From Lytechinus pictus (Eukaryota), in NCBI RefSeq assembly GCF_037042905.1, contig NC_087254.1, positions 32,178,001 through 32,242,000 of the forward strand: a DNA stretch of 64,000 bases, written 5' to 3'. Below, in pieces: positions 1 to 12,091 of this stretch. A program made the translations under genes and the position numbers. The notes under the pieces were generated by a model, which worked only from the letters and a program-made list of their open reading frames with translations, made no database searches and was not told where the DNA came from. Every line of letters begins with the position of its first letter. Position 1 is the first letter of the stretch.

Positions 1-1569
1 TTTTTTCGAATCCAGTTATATACATCCACTTTTGAAAGTTTAAGGACAAGGATTCCCGTTCTAACTTATCATGGAAATTAACATCAATGGGAAGAATATT
101 ATTTGATTATCATAATTCCATCCGAGATGGTGTGATTCAAGGATGGGTAACTGTCAACCCGCATATCGTGTTTAACATGCAAAATGTGCGTATTATAGAC
201 GATAGTGCGAGCGCGTGAGTAATTCTTAGATGCCCAAAGTGTCTTCATATGCATTTTATACAGCCGCTTAAACACTAGTCTTATCTCCCCCGAAGAAATT
301 TTTTGGCTCTTTTGTGAAAACAAAAAACAAAAAACAAAAAAACACACATGTTCATTAGCAATGATAAGCTTTATTCAATCGATTCACAATACTGGCATAT
401 CAGACCTTGGAATGAATACCACTACAAAAGTTGTGGGCGATTTGCGGTATTATACCCACTTCCCATAAAAAACCATAATGTACATATCATTAAAATTAAT
501 TAAATAATTTCAACTAGTATCAAATATAAGAGGTATAGATCGTGGAACTAGTACTTTTTTATTGCAGATATATCAGGAAGTTACATCCTGATAAAGCAAA
601 ATCTTTTGTTTTGCTTTGTTTGCTAGCATTTTTTTTTATATAAAGAATTAGTGTTTACATTAACCTTCAAATATAGACCAATAAAATTAACCGCAGTGAA
701 ATAATTCTGACTAGGCCTATACGATTGTTCCATCACCCTTAGGTTGGAGGGGTACACTGGCAGAATACGAAATGGGGGTGCTGGGACTAATGCTGAAAAA
801 TAGGATTTAAACATCATTGTAATGTACTTTTAACACGTTCAGATTTTTCCTTGAAAACATGACCGGTTAGACTTTATTTTGCCAAGCCGTTTGACTAAGT
901 ATTGTACCCTTTTAGAATTTTCCTCTTTTTAGGGGAGGGGGGTGGGGGGCTTTGCGCTCTCACAATGTTTAAAGAACCGTTTTTTGTAGTCAAAAACTCA
1001 GCCACCCAATATGTTGCCTCATTACGCCACAGGAAGCGCATACCACTAAACCCATATTCAGGCCTATACTCGACCGCTTCTCTCACGAAAAAAAAAACTG
1101 GAGGTCCACTTTTTGTTCAAAATTTAACGCCCCACCCCCTTCGGAAAAACGTCCGCACAGTTACGTACCTGACACGTCAGTCTCATGAACGGGAGATTTC
1201 GCCTCCTTTTGAAGCCCCCATGTCTTATGGCCAATATGACCGAACTACAATCGATGATTCCTCTGTTTCCATTTCCAATTTTTATTTTACAAAATAGTGA
1301 CAAAGCAATAGAATGCATAGGTATTAGCACTATGTCTTCTCCTATTGTGAAGTAGCAAGTGCAGACAAAGTAATGCGACACTGAGAAGATCAGTCTACAA
1401 TATTGCATATTGTTTTAGGAAATGTAGTTTTTCTCCTAAGTAAAGTGGGGAAGTGGATCTTGAGTCTATATGAGATGAAATAGAAGCCTATATGGAAAAT
1501 GGTCTTCGTCGTGTCACTCAAGTGACACGAAAGTAACCCAATCTTCCATTTCTCACAATCACAGATTCA

Positions 1570-2109
1570 TCAATCTTTGATATAACGACCTCCAATTTTC
1601 TGCAACACAAGGAATGCATCGTTAAGAAGCTGTTGCCGAATGTCCTCACGAGTCCGTTTCTCCTCTGGCATCGATTGGGCGTGTCTGCGGACGCATTTGA
1701 CCCCATCGTCTCGCACAGATCTTATAGAGGGTGGAGTTTCTTTGCGTGTTCCCGTCGCCTCTTCCACTTGATTGGTCGAGAAGTTTTGGCGTCCATCACT
1801 AGTCGAAGTGCAGGCTCGGCGGAGGGGCGTGGCATCGTTGTAGGTTTCTCCGTGGTTGGGTACACTGTCAATGCGCCCTATTCTGTCAAACAAATTCCCT
1901 CCGCTCCTCACATTTGGAGTTGAATTTCCATCGGCCCTTCTGGTGTTTGAAATTCCATTTTCGAATTGGGCATTTTTCGTGATTTTTGCGGTGGAATCAT
2001 GTGAATTTATGGAATTCTCGGGTATAGTCGATCCTGACTCGCAGGTATCTATGCAGAAGCGGGAATTAACCGGGTTCCTGGTATTCTGCAGAAAGGGTGA
2101 CGAATGGCC
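1570..2109 (-). CDS. Duplicated terminal exon 3 of the orphan gene, distal copy
   Basis: Acceptor ttttcttctgcag|GGC; 180 codons open to stop (GHSSPFLQNTRNPVNSRFC...QQLLNDAFLVLQKIGGRYIKD*); paralog of 4747-5286. Confidence 0.55.
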   Translation of the reverse strand, partial: GHSSPFLQNTRNPVNSRFCIDTCESGSTIPENSINSHDSTAKITKNAQFENGISNTRRADGNSTPNVRSGGNLFDRIGRIDSVPNHGETYNDATPLRRACTSTSDGRQNFSTNQVEEATGTRKETPPSIRSVRDDGVKCVRRHAQSMPEEKRTREDIRQQLLNDAFLVLQKIGGRYIKD

Positions 2110-3179
2110 CTGCAGAAGAAAACATTTCTTATGAATACGTGTATAGTAGTTTCACATTAAAAAAAAATGTAGGCCTATTTACACGGGGGTCACAATGGAT
2201 GAAAATGCGTTAATTTCTAAATCAACATTCTAGATTTTAATCTTAAATGCATTGCTTTGAAATAGTCACAATGAAAATTATGGGTCTACTTCCTAAATCA
2301 TGCAGTAATAAGTCAAATCAGTATACATGACAATAGTGGGAGGCTGCAATATTATATAGGTTTGTGATTTCGAGGCAAGTATGGAGAGAGTGGGGTAAAC
2401 GAGGCTCGGGGTAAATAAGGCCCCTGTTGTAGATTTTAGCTCACTGCTCAAGTTTACAAGTGTATCAAGGGGGTTGCTGTTTGAGTAGTATGTGAGACAG
2501 TTCCTTTGCACATAATTATCTTGAGCATAAACAATGTCTCATAGCAAAATGCACATAGCCAGGAGCACAAACCTAGCACCACATCAAAATAAAGCAAATA
2601 AGGCCCCTGACAACAATGTTTAATGCTCATAAATATGCAAATGAGATTTATTAGTTCTCCGTATTGCATAATGTAGGTCTACTCAGTGTAGACCTAGTAT
2701 TAGACATCTTATCATGTTTTTACTGCTATGCATTAAAAAGATATGATTGGAATTATGAAAGGGGGGTCCATTATTTACCCCACTCTCCCCTAGTTTTACA
2801 GTCTGTCTCCACGGCTGATCAAAATTAATTTGTACCTGAGAGCTTTTTGACTGGCATCTCGGCCCAAGTGAAACCATCGAATTGCATGCAGAGACAAATG
2901 TAAAAACGCCCTCTATATAATTCTGTTATCATTCATCATTTCCATGTTAGTGTTATGATTGAAAGACAAAACACGGAGTATAATTAATAAAAAGAACGTA
3001 TAACGACCCTTCGCAAATATGTTTTCTTTAAAAAAAAACAGCTCATCAGGTTTTTAGAAATATAGTCATGATCAGTCAACGCATTCCTTTCAAATATCCT
3101 GCGAGATAACCCTGGGAAGCAGGGGTGATGGAGGTGCCCCCCAAAATTCCTTGGGGTGCTGCGTGTATTATTCTCCATA

Positions 3180-3441
3180 CACTGTTAAACAATTTATCCT
3201 TAAAAATGAAAGAAGTTCCTGCAGCAGAGTCTCGAGAACACCTGTAATCTTACCAGATTGCGTTTGGTATTTGGTGTATATGGAACCTTACAAATTTCCT
3301 TAAATAAAACATTTTCCCCCTTTTTAAACTTCTGTTAAATTGTAGAAAAATTCCTGTTTTATGAATTACAGAATGATTCTGTTATTGCTTTCTGCAAAAT
3401 CTTGTTTTTTCCCCTCTAAAATCAGGTTTTTTTAAACAGTG
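3180..3441. mobile_element. MITE with CACTGTTAAA/TTTAAACAGTG termini and TA target duplication (second copy 6343-6638)
   Basis: ta|cactgttaaac ... tttaaacagtg|ta; present in both duplication units, with an ~30-bp internal deletion in copy 1. Confidence 0.75.
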
Positions 3442-3546
3442 TAGACAGAACCCAGCCCCCAAGCATTCTTAAAGAATTTTTTTTTTTTAATTTACATCAG
3501 CTTCCCCACTTTATAAATCATTCCCAGAGCCCTGGCGAGACCATAC

Positions 3547-3750
3547 CGTATCTAAATCAAGATCTTTAGCAAGCTGCAGAGCATGGTCCAGTCTCTGAAT
3601 TTCCCTCTTCAGCTCAAAGTTTTCTTCGCGGAGTCGAAAGAGCTCAGAAAACTTCGAATGTTCTCGGCGATCGTCGACATTCTTCGACGAGTCTTCCGAC
3701 GATGTGCATTTCCGATGATCCGCCAGATTCTTTATTTTTCCGTGCAAAGC
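3547..3750 (-). CDS. Duplicated exon 2 (coiled-coil) of the orphan gene, distal copy
   Basis: 204-nt phase 0/0 exon ALHGKIKNLADHRK...AKDLDLDT with intact AG acceptor (3752-3751) and GT donor (3546-3545); near-identical to 6746-6949. Confidence 0.55.
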
Positions 3751-4027
3751 CTGTATAATCAAACCATGAAACGATCAATCATTCTTATCGTCAGTCTCGA
3801 TATCGCCCTATACACAAAAAAGTTACATCAATTAATGGCGGTTTCGCTTGAATTATTTTCATTTTCGATGCAAACTGTGAGATTTATTAACTGACTTTTG
3901 TATGAGCATTAAGTTAGTATTAACTCAGTCATGGACGTTGCAATATTTGAGGGGGGGGGGGGGTTGATAAGGAAGCAAGATGATGATCCACAGGAAAGGT
4001 CATTTTATTTACAAAATGAAAAAGTAC

Positions 4028-7000
4028 TGTACTTTTAACACGTTCAGATTTTTCCTTGAAAACATGACCGGTTAGACTTAGTATTGTACCCTTTTAGAAT
4101 TTTCCTCTTTTTAGGGGAGGGGGGGGGGCTTTGCGCTCTCACAATGTAAAAAAAAAACCGTTTATTGTAGTAAAAAACTCAGCCACCTAATATCTTGCCT
4201 CATCACGCCACAGGAAGCGCATACCACTGAACCCATATTCAGGCCTATACTCGACCGCTTCTCACAAAAAAAGACTCGAGGTCCACTTTTTGTTCAAAAT
4301 TTAACGCCCCATCCCCTTCGGAAAAACGTCCGCACAGTTACGTACCTGACACGTCAGTCTCATGAACGGGAGATTTCGCCTCCTTTTGAAGCCCCCATGT
4401 CTTATGGCCAATATGACCGAACTACAATCGATGTTTCCTCTGTTTCCATTTCCAATTTTTATTTTACAAAATAGTGACAAAGCAATAGAATGCATAGGTA
4501 TTAGCACTATGTCTTCTCCTATTGTGAAGTAGCAAGTGCAGACAAAGTAATGCGACACTGAGAAGATCAGTCTACAATATTGCATATTGTTTTAGGAAAT
4601 GTAGTTTTTCTCCTAAGTAAAGTGGGGAAGTGGATCTTGAGTCTATATGAGATAAAATAGAAGCCTATATGGAAAATGGTCTTCGTCGTGTCACTCAAGT
4701 GACACGAAAGTAACCCAATCTTCCATTTCTCACAATCACAGATTCATCAATCTTTGATATAACGACCTCCAGTTTTCTGCAACACAAGGAATGCATCGTT
4801 AAGAAGCTGTTGCCGAATGTCCTCACGAGTTCGCTTCTCCTCTGGCATCGATTGGGCGTGTCTGCGGACGCATTTGACCCCATCGTTTCGCATAGATCTT
4901 ATAGAGGGTGGAGTTTCTTTGCATGTTCCCGTCGCCTCTTCCACTTGATTGGTCGAGAAGTTTTGGCGTCCATCACTAGTCGAAGTGCAGGCTCGGCGGA
5001 GGGGCGTGGCATCGTTGTAGGTTTCTCCGTGGTTGGGTACACTGTCAATGCGCCCTATTCTGTCAAACATATTCCCTCCGCTCCTCATATTTGGAGTTGA
5101 ATTTCCATCGGCCCTTCTGGTGTTTGAAATTCCATTTTCGAATTGGGCATTTCTCGTGATTTTTGCGGTGGAATCATGTGAAATTATGGAATTCTCGGGT
5201 ATAGTCGATCCTGACGCGCAGGTATCTCTGCAGAAGCGGGAATTAACCGGGTTCCTGGTATTCTGCAGAAAGGGTGACGAATGGCCCTGTAGAAGAAAAC
5301 ATTTCTTATGATTACGTGTAGTAGTTTCACAATAAAAAAAAATGTAGGCCTATTTACACGGGGGTCACAATGGATGAAAATGCGTTAATTTCTAAATCAA
5401 CATTCTAGATTTTAATCTTAAATGCATTGCTTTGAAATAGTCACAATGAAAATTATGGGTCTACTTCCTAAATCATGCAGTAATAAGTCAAATCAGTATA
5501 CATGACAATAGTGGGAGGCTGCAATATTATATAGGTTTGTGATTTCGAGGCAAGTATGGAGAGAGTGGGGTAAATGAGGCTCGGGGTAAATACGGCCCCT
5601 GTTGTAGATTTTAGCTCACTGCTCAAGTTTACAAGTGTCAAGGGGGTTGCTGTTTGAGTAGTATGTGAGACAGTTCCTTAGCACATAATTATCTTGAGCA
5701 TAAACAATGTCTCATAGCAAAATGCACATAGCCAGGAGGAGCACAAACCTAGCACCACATCAAAATAAAGCAAATAAGGCCCCTGACAACAATGTTTAAT
5801 GCTCATTAATATGCAAATGAGATTAATTAGTTCTCCGTATTGCATAATGTAGGTCTACTCAGTGTATATAGACCTAGTATTAGACATCTTATCATGTTTC
5901 TACTGCTATGCATTAAAAAAGATATGATTGGAATTATGAAAGGGGGGTCCATTATTTACCCCACTCTCCCCTAGTTTTACAGTCTGTCTCCACAGCTGAT
6001 CAAAATTAATTTGTACCTGAGAGCTTTTTGACTGGCATCTCGGCCCAAGTGAAACCATCGAATTGCATGCAGAGACAAATGTAAAAACGCCCTCTATATA
6101 ATTCTGTTATCATTCATGTTAGTGTTATGATTGAAAGACAAAACACGAAGTATAATTGATAAAAAGAACGTATAACGACCCTTCGCAGATCTGTTTTCTT
6201 TAAAAAAAACAGCTCATCAGGTTTTTAGAAATATAGTCATGATCAGTCAACGCATTCCTTTCAAATATCCTGCGAGATAACCCTGGGAAGCAGGGGTGAT
6301 GGAGGTGCCCCCCAAAATTCCTTGGGGTGCTGCGTGTCCATACACTGTTAGAAAATTTATCCTTAAAAATGAAAGAAGTTCCTGCAGCAGAGTCTCGAGA
6401 ACATCTGTAATCTTACCAGATTGCGTAATTCTACATTGTATCATGTAAAATTACAGGAAATTGGTATTTGGTGTATGGAACCTTACAAATTTCCTTAAAT
6501 AAAACATTTTCCCCCTTTTTAAACTTCTGTTAAATTGTAGAAAAATTCCTGTTTTATGAATTTACAAAATGATTCTGTTATTGCTTTCTGCAAAATCTTG
6601 TTTTTTCCCCCTCTAAAATCAGGTTTTTTTAAACAGTGTAGACAGAACCCAACCCCCAAGCATTCTTAAAGGATATTTTTTTTTTCAAATTTACATCAGC
6701 TTCCCCACTTTATAAATCATTCCCCGAGCCCTGGCGAGACCATACCGTATCTAAATCAAGATCTTTAGCAAGCTGCAGAGCATGGTCCAGTCTCTGAATT
6801 TCCCTCTTCAGCTCAAAGTTTTCTTCGCGGAGTCGAAAGAGCTCGGAAAACTTCGAATGTTCTCGGCGATCGTCGACATTCTTCGACGAGTCTTCCGACG
6901 GTGTGCATTTCCGATGATCCGCCAGATTCTTTATTTTTCCGTGCAAAGCCTGTATAATCAAACCATGAAACGATCAATCATTCTTATCGTCAGTCTCGAT

Positions 7001-7224
7001 ATCGCCCTATACACAACAAAAGTTACATAAATTAATGGCGGTTTCGCTTGAATTATTTTCATTTTCGATGCAAACTGTGAGATTTATTAACTGACTTTTG
7101 TATAAGCATTAAGTTAGTATTAACTCAGTCATGGACGTTGCAATATTTTTTCGGGGGAGGGGGGTTGATAAGGAAGCAAGATGATGATCCACAGGAAAGG
7201 TCATTTTATTTACAAAATGAAAAA
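4028..7224. repeat. Tandem segmental duplication, copy 2 (~3.2 kb)
   Basis: Direct head-to-tail copy of 822-4023; junction 'caaaatgaaaaagtactgtactttt'. Confidence 0.97.
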
Positions 7225-9106
7225 TAAATTAGGTGCAATGTACATAATCAATTGTCACCCCTCCCCCCCCCCCCGATTGGGATAAAAAAGTCATCCAAAA
7301 GAAATGGATGTTGCTTACCTTAACAAAACTTTCCAAAGCGTCTTGTCTCACTGTAATCTTATACAGTGCAGAGAGCACTAAATCGCTAAGTTCCTGTTGA
7401 TAAAAACAGATTTACAATGTTCTTACAAGAAAAAAATAAATGTTAATACTGCCATATACTTTATATAATGGGGAGCACTTAACACCTCACCCACCAAAAA
7501 TGAGAGAGAAACAAATTAGGGGCTATGGTAAATGTACGAACCCCGCGGGGGAGAGGGGCAGTCTAATATATTGCTGTACACAGGCTGTACACATGCATGA
7601 CCCCCAAAACGCTTTTAAAGGGGTGGTTTTTTTTCAGTTTTGGACGCGGGCCGCGCGTGCACTTACTCGTTAAGGGTATCAAAAACACCGATTTTCAAGG
7701 AAATGGGTGGTTTTGATAGACTGCATGGTCAAACGGCCGGGGTCAAACGTATTTTTTCTAAAGCTTTTTAAAGACTATATATAGCCAAACGTGTTTAGGG
7801 TATGTTTTCCCCAAGATTTTTTCTCCGGGGTCATATACTGGCGACAACTTGTTTAGGGGCCAAAATGTGTAAATAAAGCCCGCGAAAAACTTATTTAAGG
7901 GGTGTTTGGAAATAATTTGGTCACGCATGTGTACAGCAATACAAGTTGACTGCCCCCCCCCCCCCTCCGGGTACGAACCAGCTTCCCTGTTTAGGCTGTT
8001 TCTATCTAGATTTTGTGTGTCCGGACAGTTGGTTTTAAACAGCCATTTGGAAAACTCAAACCAGCTAAGTCTCATCAATTTTTAGAACAAAATGTTAAGT
8101 AATATTAAAAAGAACAAAATTGAAGAAGAAAAGAAGTAAAAAAAGAGGGCTTCAAAATGTTAAAGTGTCCGGACACTTACCCCCGCACCCCACCACCCCC
8201 CTCATTTCTCAAGGCCGGAAATCGCCCCCCCCCCCCCACCCAAGGTAGGGGAACCATGCAGGGCCGGTTTCGACCAAAATAAATTTGACAAGCAAAAAAA
8301 AAGGTTCTCATCAAAAAAGTAAGGTCATAAAATAATGTTTCATTTCGATTTGGAATGATGTATTTCTTTCCATCATTAAGGCCAAAATAGTAGGGGGACA
8401 TTTGATATTGTGCCCCCCTACTATTTTGGGTATAGGGGAAGCGTCCCGCTGGGATTTCCGCCCATGCCCATTCTACAAAACGTTAGGCAATATTATGGAG
8501 AACAAAATTGAAGAAGATTACAAAGTATTGTAGGCCTATTCATGTATACCCAGTTGTTGTGTGTCCGGACAGGTTGTGTGTCCGGAGAAAGTCATTTGGA
8601 AAAAATTACAAGCGAAGTTTCATCAATTTTTAGTACAAAATGTTAGGAAATATTATAAAGAACAAAATAGAAGATGATTACAAGTATTGAATTCATATTT
8701 TTAGTGTAATCCAAAGACAAAAATAAAGGCTTCAAAAAGATAAACTGTCCGGACACCCGACCCCTATCCTACCGGTAATCCAAAGACAAAAAAAAGAAGG
8801 CTTTAAATTTTTAACGTGTCCGGAAACTTACCTCCCCCCTCCTACAAAATGTTAGGGGCCTAGGCAATATTAAATAGAACAAAATTGAAGATTACAAAGT
8901 ATTGAAAGCATATATTTTGAGTAATCCAAAGACAAAATAAAAAAGGCTTCAAAATTTTAAAGTGTCCAGACATCCGATCCCATCCTACCTCCTCAAGTCC
9001 CAAACGACTAAAAATAAACCTCTCCCCCTTTTTTTGCATCCTCGGCCTCCATCTCGCCACAAAATCAACCCACACAAGAAGCCTATTCACTCACCTCAGC
9101 AGTCAT
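4747..9106 (-). CDS. Putative 3-exon orphan coiled-coil protein (~251 aa), proximal isoform: exons 9106-9095, 6949-6746, 5286-4747
   Basis: Exon 1 ATG ACT GCT GAG|GTGAGT (MTAE, consensus donor). Exon 2 is 204 nt, ttatacag|GCT...ACG|gtatgg, with heptad-like LFRLREENFELKREIQRLDHALQL. Exon 3 is 540 nt, ttcttctacag|GGC, open to TGA. All junctions are phase 0 and the frame is uninterrupted. A CpG-rich stretch lies just upstream (9200-9360). No recognisable homolog. Confidence 0.6.
7542..7971. mobile_element. Non-autonomous TIR element (CCCG-polyG...polyC-CGGG termini)
   Basis: Left 'ccgcgggggagaggggcagtc..attgctgtacac..atgcatgacc' is inverted to right 'ggtcacgcatgtgtacagcaat..gactgcccccc..ccggg'; flanked by direct repeat tacgaac (7 bp, or gtacgaacc 9 bp depending on the boundary). 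Confidence 0.75.
8010..8990. repeat. Degenerate tandem repeat with recurring TGTCCGGACA palindrome
   Basis: Recurrent blocks 'gaacaaaattgaaga..ttacaaagtattg', 'gtaatccaaagacaaaa', 'ggcttcaaaa..gtgtccggacac', about 4-5 imperfect copies. Confidence 0.7.
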
Positions 9107-9199
9107 GCCTGAACTTATTATTTTTTCTTTACGAGTTGACCGTTGTTTTTAATTCAAGTCACTTGAAATCCTACAGCTAGCAAATTTTCATGCAATGTG

Positions 9200-9360
9200 T
9201 GTGCCCCTTTTTGGGCATGGGGCGCCGGGCCGTATCTCGGGGCCGGGCATGCGCTTTTACCTGTGCGCGACAGAATTGAGCAATTAGGGACGCAGGCGCG
9301 CAATAAAAGAGAGAGGGAGAGATAGAGAGAGAGAGTGAGAGGGGGGGGGGGGGGGTCGAG
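9200..9360 (-). promoter_or_regulatory. CpG/GC-rich putative promoter of the orphan gene, with GA-repeat and poly-G tract
   Basis: Local GC/CpG enrichment (ggcgccgggccg, ctgtgcgcgac, ggcgcgc) immediately 5' of the minus-strand ATG-bearing exon. Confidence 0.35.
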
Positions 9361-9554
9361 GTGCATGATTTGGACCGGTGATTATCATTAAACAATGCTA
9401 AAAACAAAGGTTATATTATACACACAAACGCAACAATTAGGGGGTGTATCATTAGGTAAAAAAGACAAATCATGAATAAGTCGAACTAAAAAGGTAATCA
9501 AAGAAACAGTCGGTCGTTAAATGCTTTTAAATCAGAATTTAATTAAATTTATAG

Positions 9555-10247
9555 CAAGTGGAACGCCTCTGGCAGTCTATAGCCTGCATTACGCGATTCG
9601 ATATAGCAGCAGTGCTGAATTGAAAACAGCTATTAAATAATTATTCACAAAAGAAAACACTGATAATAAAATACTATGTCGATTGACCCAACATGACCTT
9701 TGACCATGATCATGTGACCTCAGACAGGTGCAAAACAGTCATTCATACTTGATTACCCTTATGTCCCAAGTTTCATGAACTAGATCCATAAAATGTTAAA
9801 GTTATGATGACAATACAACAAATACCCCCAACATGGTCAAAGTTCGTTGACCCTAAGTGACCTTTGACCTTGGTCATGTGACCTGAAACTCAGGCAGGAT
9901 CTTCAGTGATACACTATCACCCTTATATTCAAGTTTCATGAACTAGGTCCATATACTTTAGAAGTTATGACGACATTTCAAAAACTTAACCTTGGTTAAG
10001 ATTTCGATATTGATTCCCCCAACATGGTCTAAGTTCATTGACCCTAAATGACCTTTGAACTTGGTCATGTGACCTGAAACTCGGGCAGGATGTTCAGTAA
10101 TAATATAGTTCTTGATTACCCTTATTGCCAAGTTTCATGATCTAGGTTCATATACTTTCTAAGTTATGATGACATTTCAAAAACTTAACCTTGGTTAAGA
10201 TTTCAATGTTGACGATGCCGCCGTCGGAAAAGCGGCGCCTATAGTCT
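9555..10247. mobile_element. Helentron-associated/DINE-1-like non-autonomous element with internal tandem array (3'-truncated copy)
   Basis: Same 5' module (caagtggaa.gcctctggc) and same tandem units ('gaccctaaatgacctttgaccttggtcatgtgacctgaaactc') as 62805-63746; ends at 'gccgtcggaaaagcggcgcctatagtct' and lacks the terminal hairpin. Confidence 0.75.
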
Positions 10248-11516
10248 TTTGAAAATTGAAGGAAATTATGATTTTCCGTATTTCGTATAAAGCAATCAAA
10301 ATATATGAAGCAAATTAGTCATTTTAAAGCCTGTGGATGTTTCACAAAGATTTAAGTTTTATATCAATTTTATTTCATTGGGTTAGGACGAACTTCATAT
10401 GATTTTTTTTTCAAAATCGTTTTTGGGTTTGTTTATGAGGGTTTCGTTTATTTTTAAACCAATTGATTCATTGTTTATATTTTATTGTATATCTTTTTTG
10501 TAAGTCTTTTTTTTCAAATGTTTTGGGTTCCATATCTATATAGATATGTATATTAAGTGAATATTTAATTTGTGCTATTGATTATGTTAATATTAATGAT
10601 TCAATTATATCAATTATAACAAATTGTATATGACAGGGCCGTTGTGGAAAGCAATTTTGTAACTGACAGTGCCACCCTGTATGAATAAAACTACAAATAA
10701 ATAATTAAAAAATGCACTGCACCCCCCCTTCCCACAAAAAGTAGAAATTTAAAAAAATAAACTAATTTAAAGAAAATACAGATTATTATGCCCAAAGTCT
10801 ACTCAATCTTATAGATTGATGTGTTTCATTCACGTACTTATGCCTTCTATTTCCATTCAAATAAGCAATAAAATACCCTATTACAGAGAAAACACTGAGG
10901 GCAGCATCATCAAAGTTTTTCTTAACAATTTGAAATAAATTCGGAGAGAATGTGGTCTCCAGCTACACCAATAGACCAGTTCGTAGTTACATCAGGGACA
11001 ATTTTGGTCAAATTACCTTTCATTTATTTCATTATGATAGGCATATTTCAAAGCAGGATATAACATATGCATGCCTTACATAGCAGGATGAAGAAATTGA
11101 ATTATACCAGGTGACTAGAATAGCACACCATTGAAGACTCCATGAAGGTATTTGTTGCATGTCTACTTTGAATGCATATTATAGCATGTTGCACAATGTA
11201 CTTGGCAAACTGCAGTGAAATACCATTCGTGGACGCATTTTTGTTCTTTGTGGATGCCAATGAAAAACACAATTGAAAAGAATATATGAATAATCAAGAC
11301 ACCAAAGTTGGTGCTTATCTCATTAAATTTTAAACCACCATGCCACTTTAGTACAAATGACATTTCTCTGATCATGCGCAGAATCTTCTGATCATGCGCA
11401 GAATGGAACTACGAACTGGATTATATCAATGAAATGACCTTTGACACCCGAGGCAGCATCATCAAAATGAAAAGTTTAGAGACTTTTATGAGATACACCT
11501 ATCCATTTGGGCATTA

Positions 11517-12091
11517 AAACGGGTACTCCTGAAAATTTTATATTATGATAGATAAAGAAACTCCAAACAAGCAAAACACTGAAAATTTGATCAAAATCAG
11601 AAAGAAATAACAGTTATGACATTTTAAAGATTTGCCTTATTTCAGTGAAACAGTTCTATGCAGGTCTTCATGAATATTCAACGAGCAAACTGATGCTGTC
11701 ATATCCCAACTTGTTTTTTCCTGAGATTATGTTCATTCAAATTTTGTCCTCAAAGAAATTTTTTTTAATGGATTGACAACTGATTTCAAGTATGAGACAT
11801 TCATTGCTGCAACTTATTTTATTATAAGGGAGACATATCATTCACACATGAAATAATTATGATTTCATGTAACAACATAAGGAAAGTGGGTATGTGAAAT
11901 CATCAGCCCACCAAGTGACTCTTCATGACGACCTGCATATTAATGCTTTCTAAAAATATTGTTGAACTTTAAAATTCAATAGATTTGTTATTAGACTATA
12001 GTGCTCAGAATTTGATGCAATTTTAAGCATTTTGCTCAGTGACTCTTACTCTATTTATTTAGATTATTTTCAGCCTGATGTATCCCTTTAA
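11517..12091. mobile_element. Degraded Kolobok-type MITE (TTAA-flanked, GGGGTACTCC..GCTGAAAAT family)
   Basis: ttaaaacgggtactcctgaaaat ... attttcagcctgatgtatcccctttaa; similar to 36931-37607. Confidence 0.5.

Larger units (their letters stand above)
822..4023. repeat. Tandem segmental duplication, copy 1 (~3.2 kb)
   Basis: Sequence from 'gtacttttaacacgttcagatttttcc' to 'tacaaaatgaaaaa' is repeated immediately downstream with only scattered substitutions and small indels; the ORF track shows paired near-identical ORFs offset by ~3.2 kb. Confidence 0.97.
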
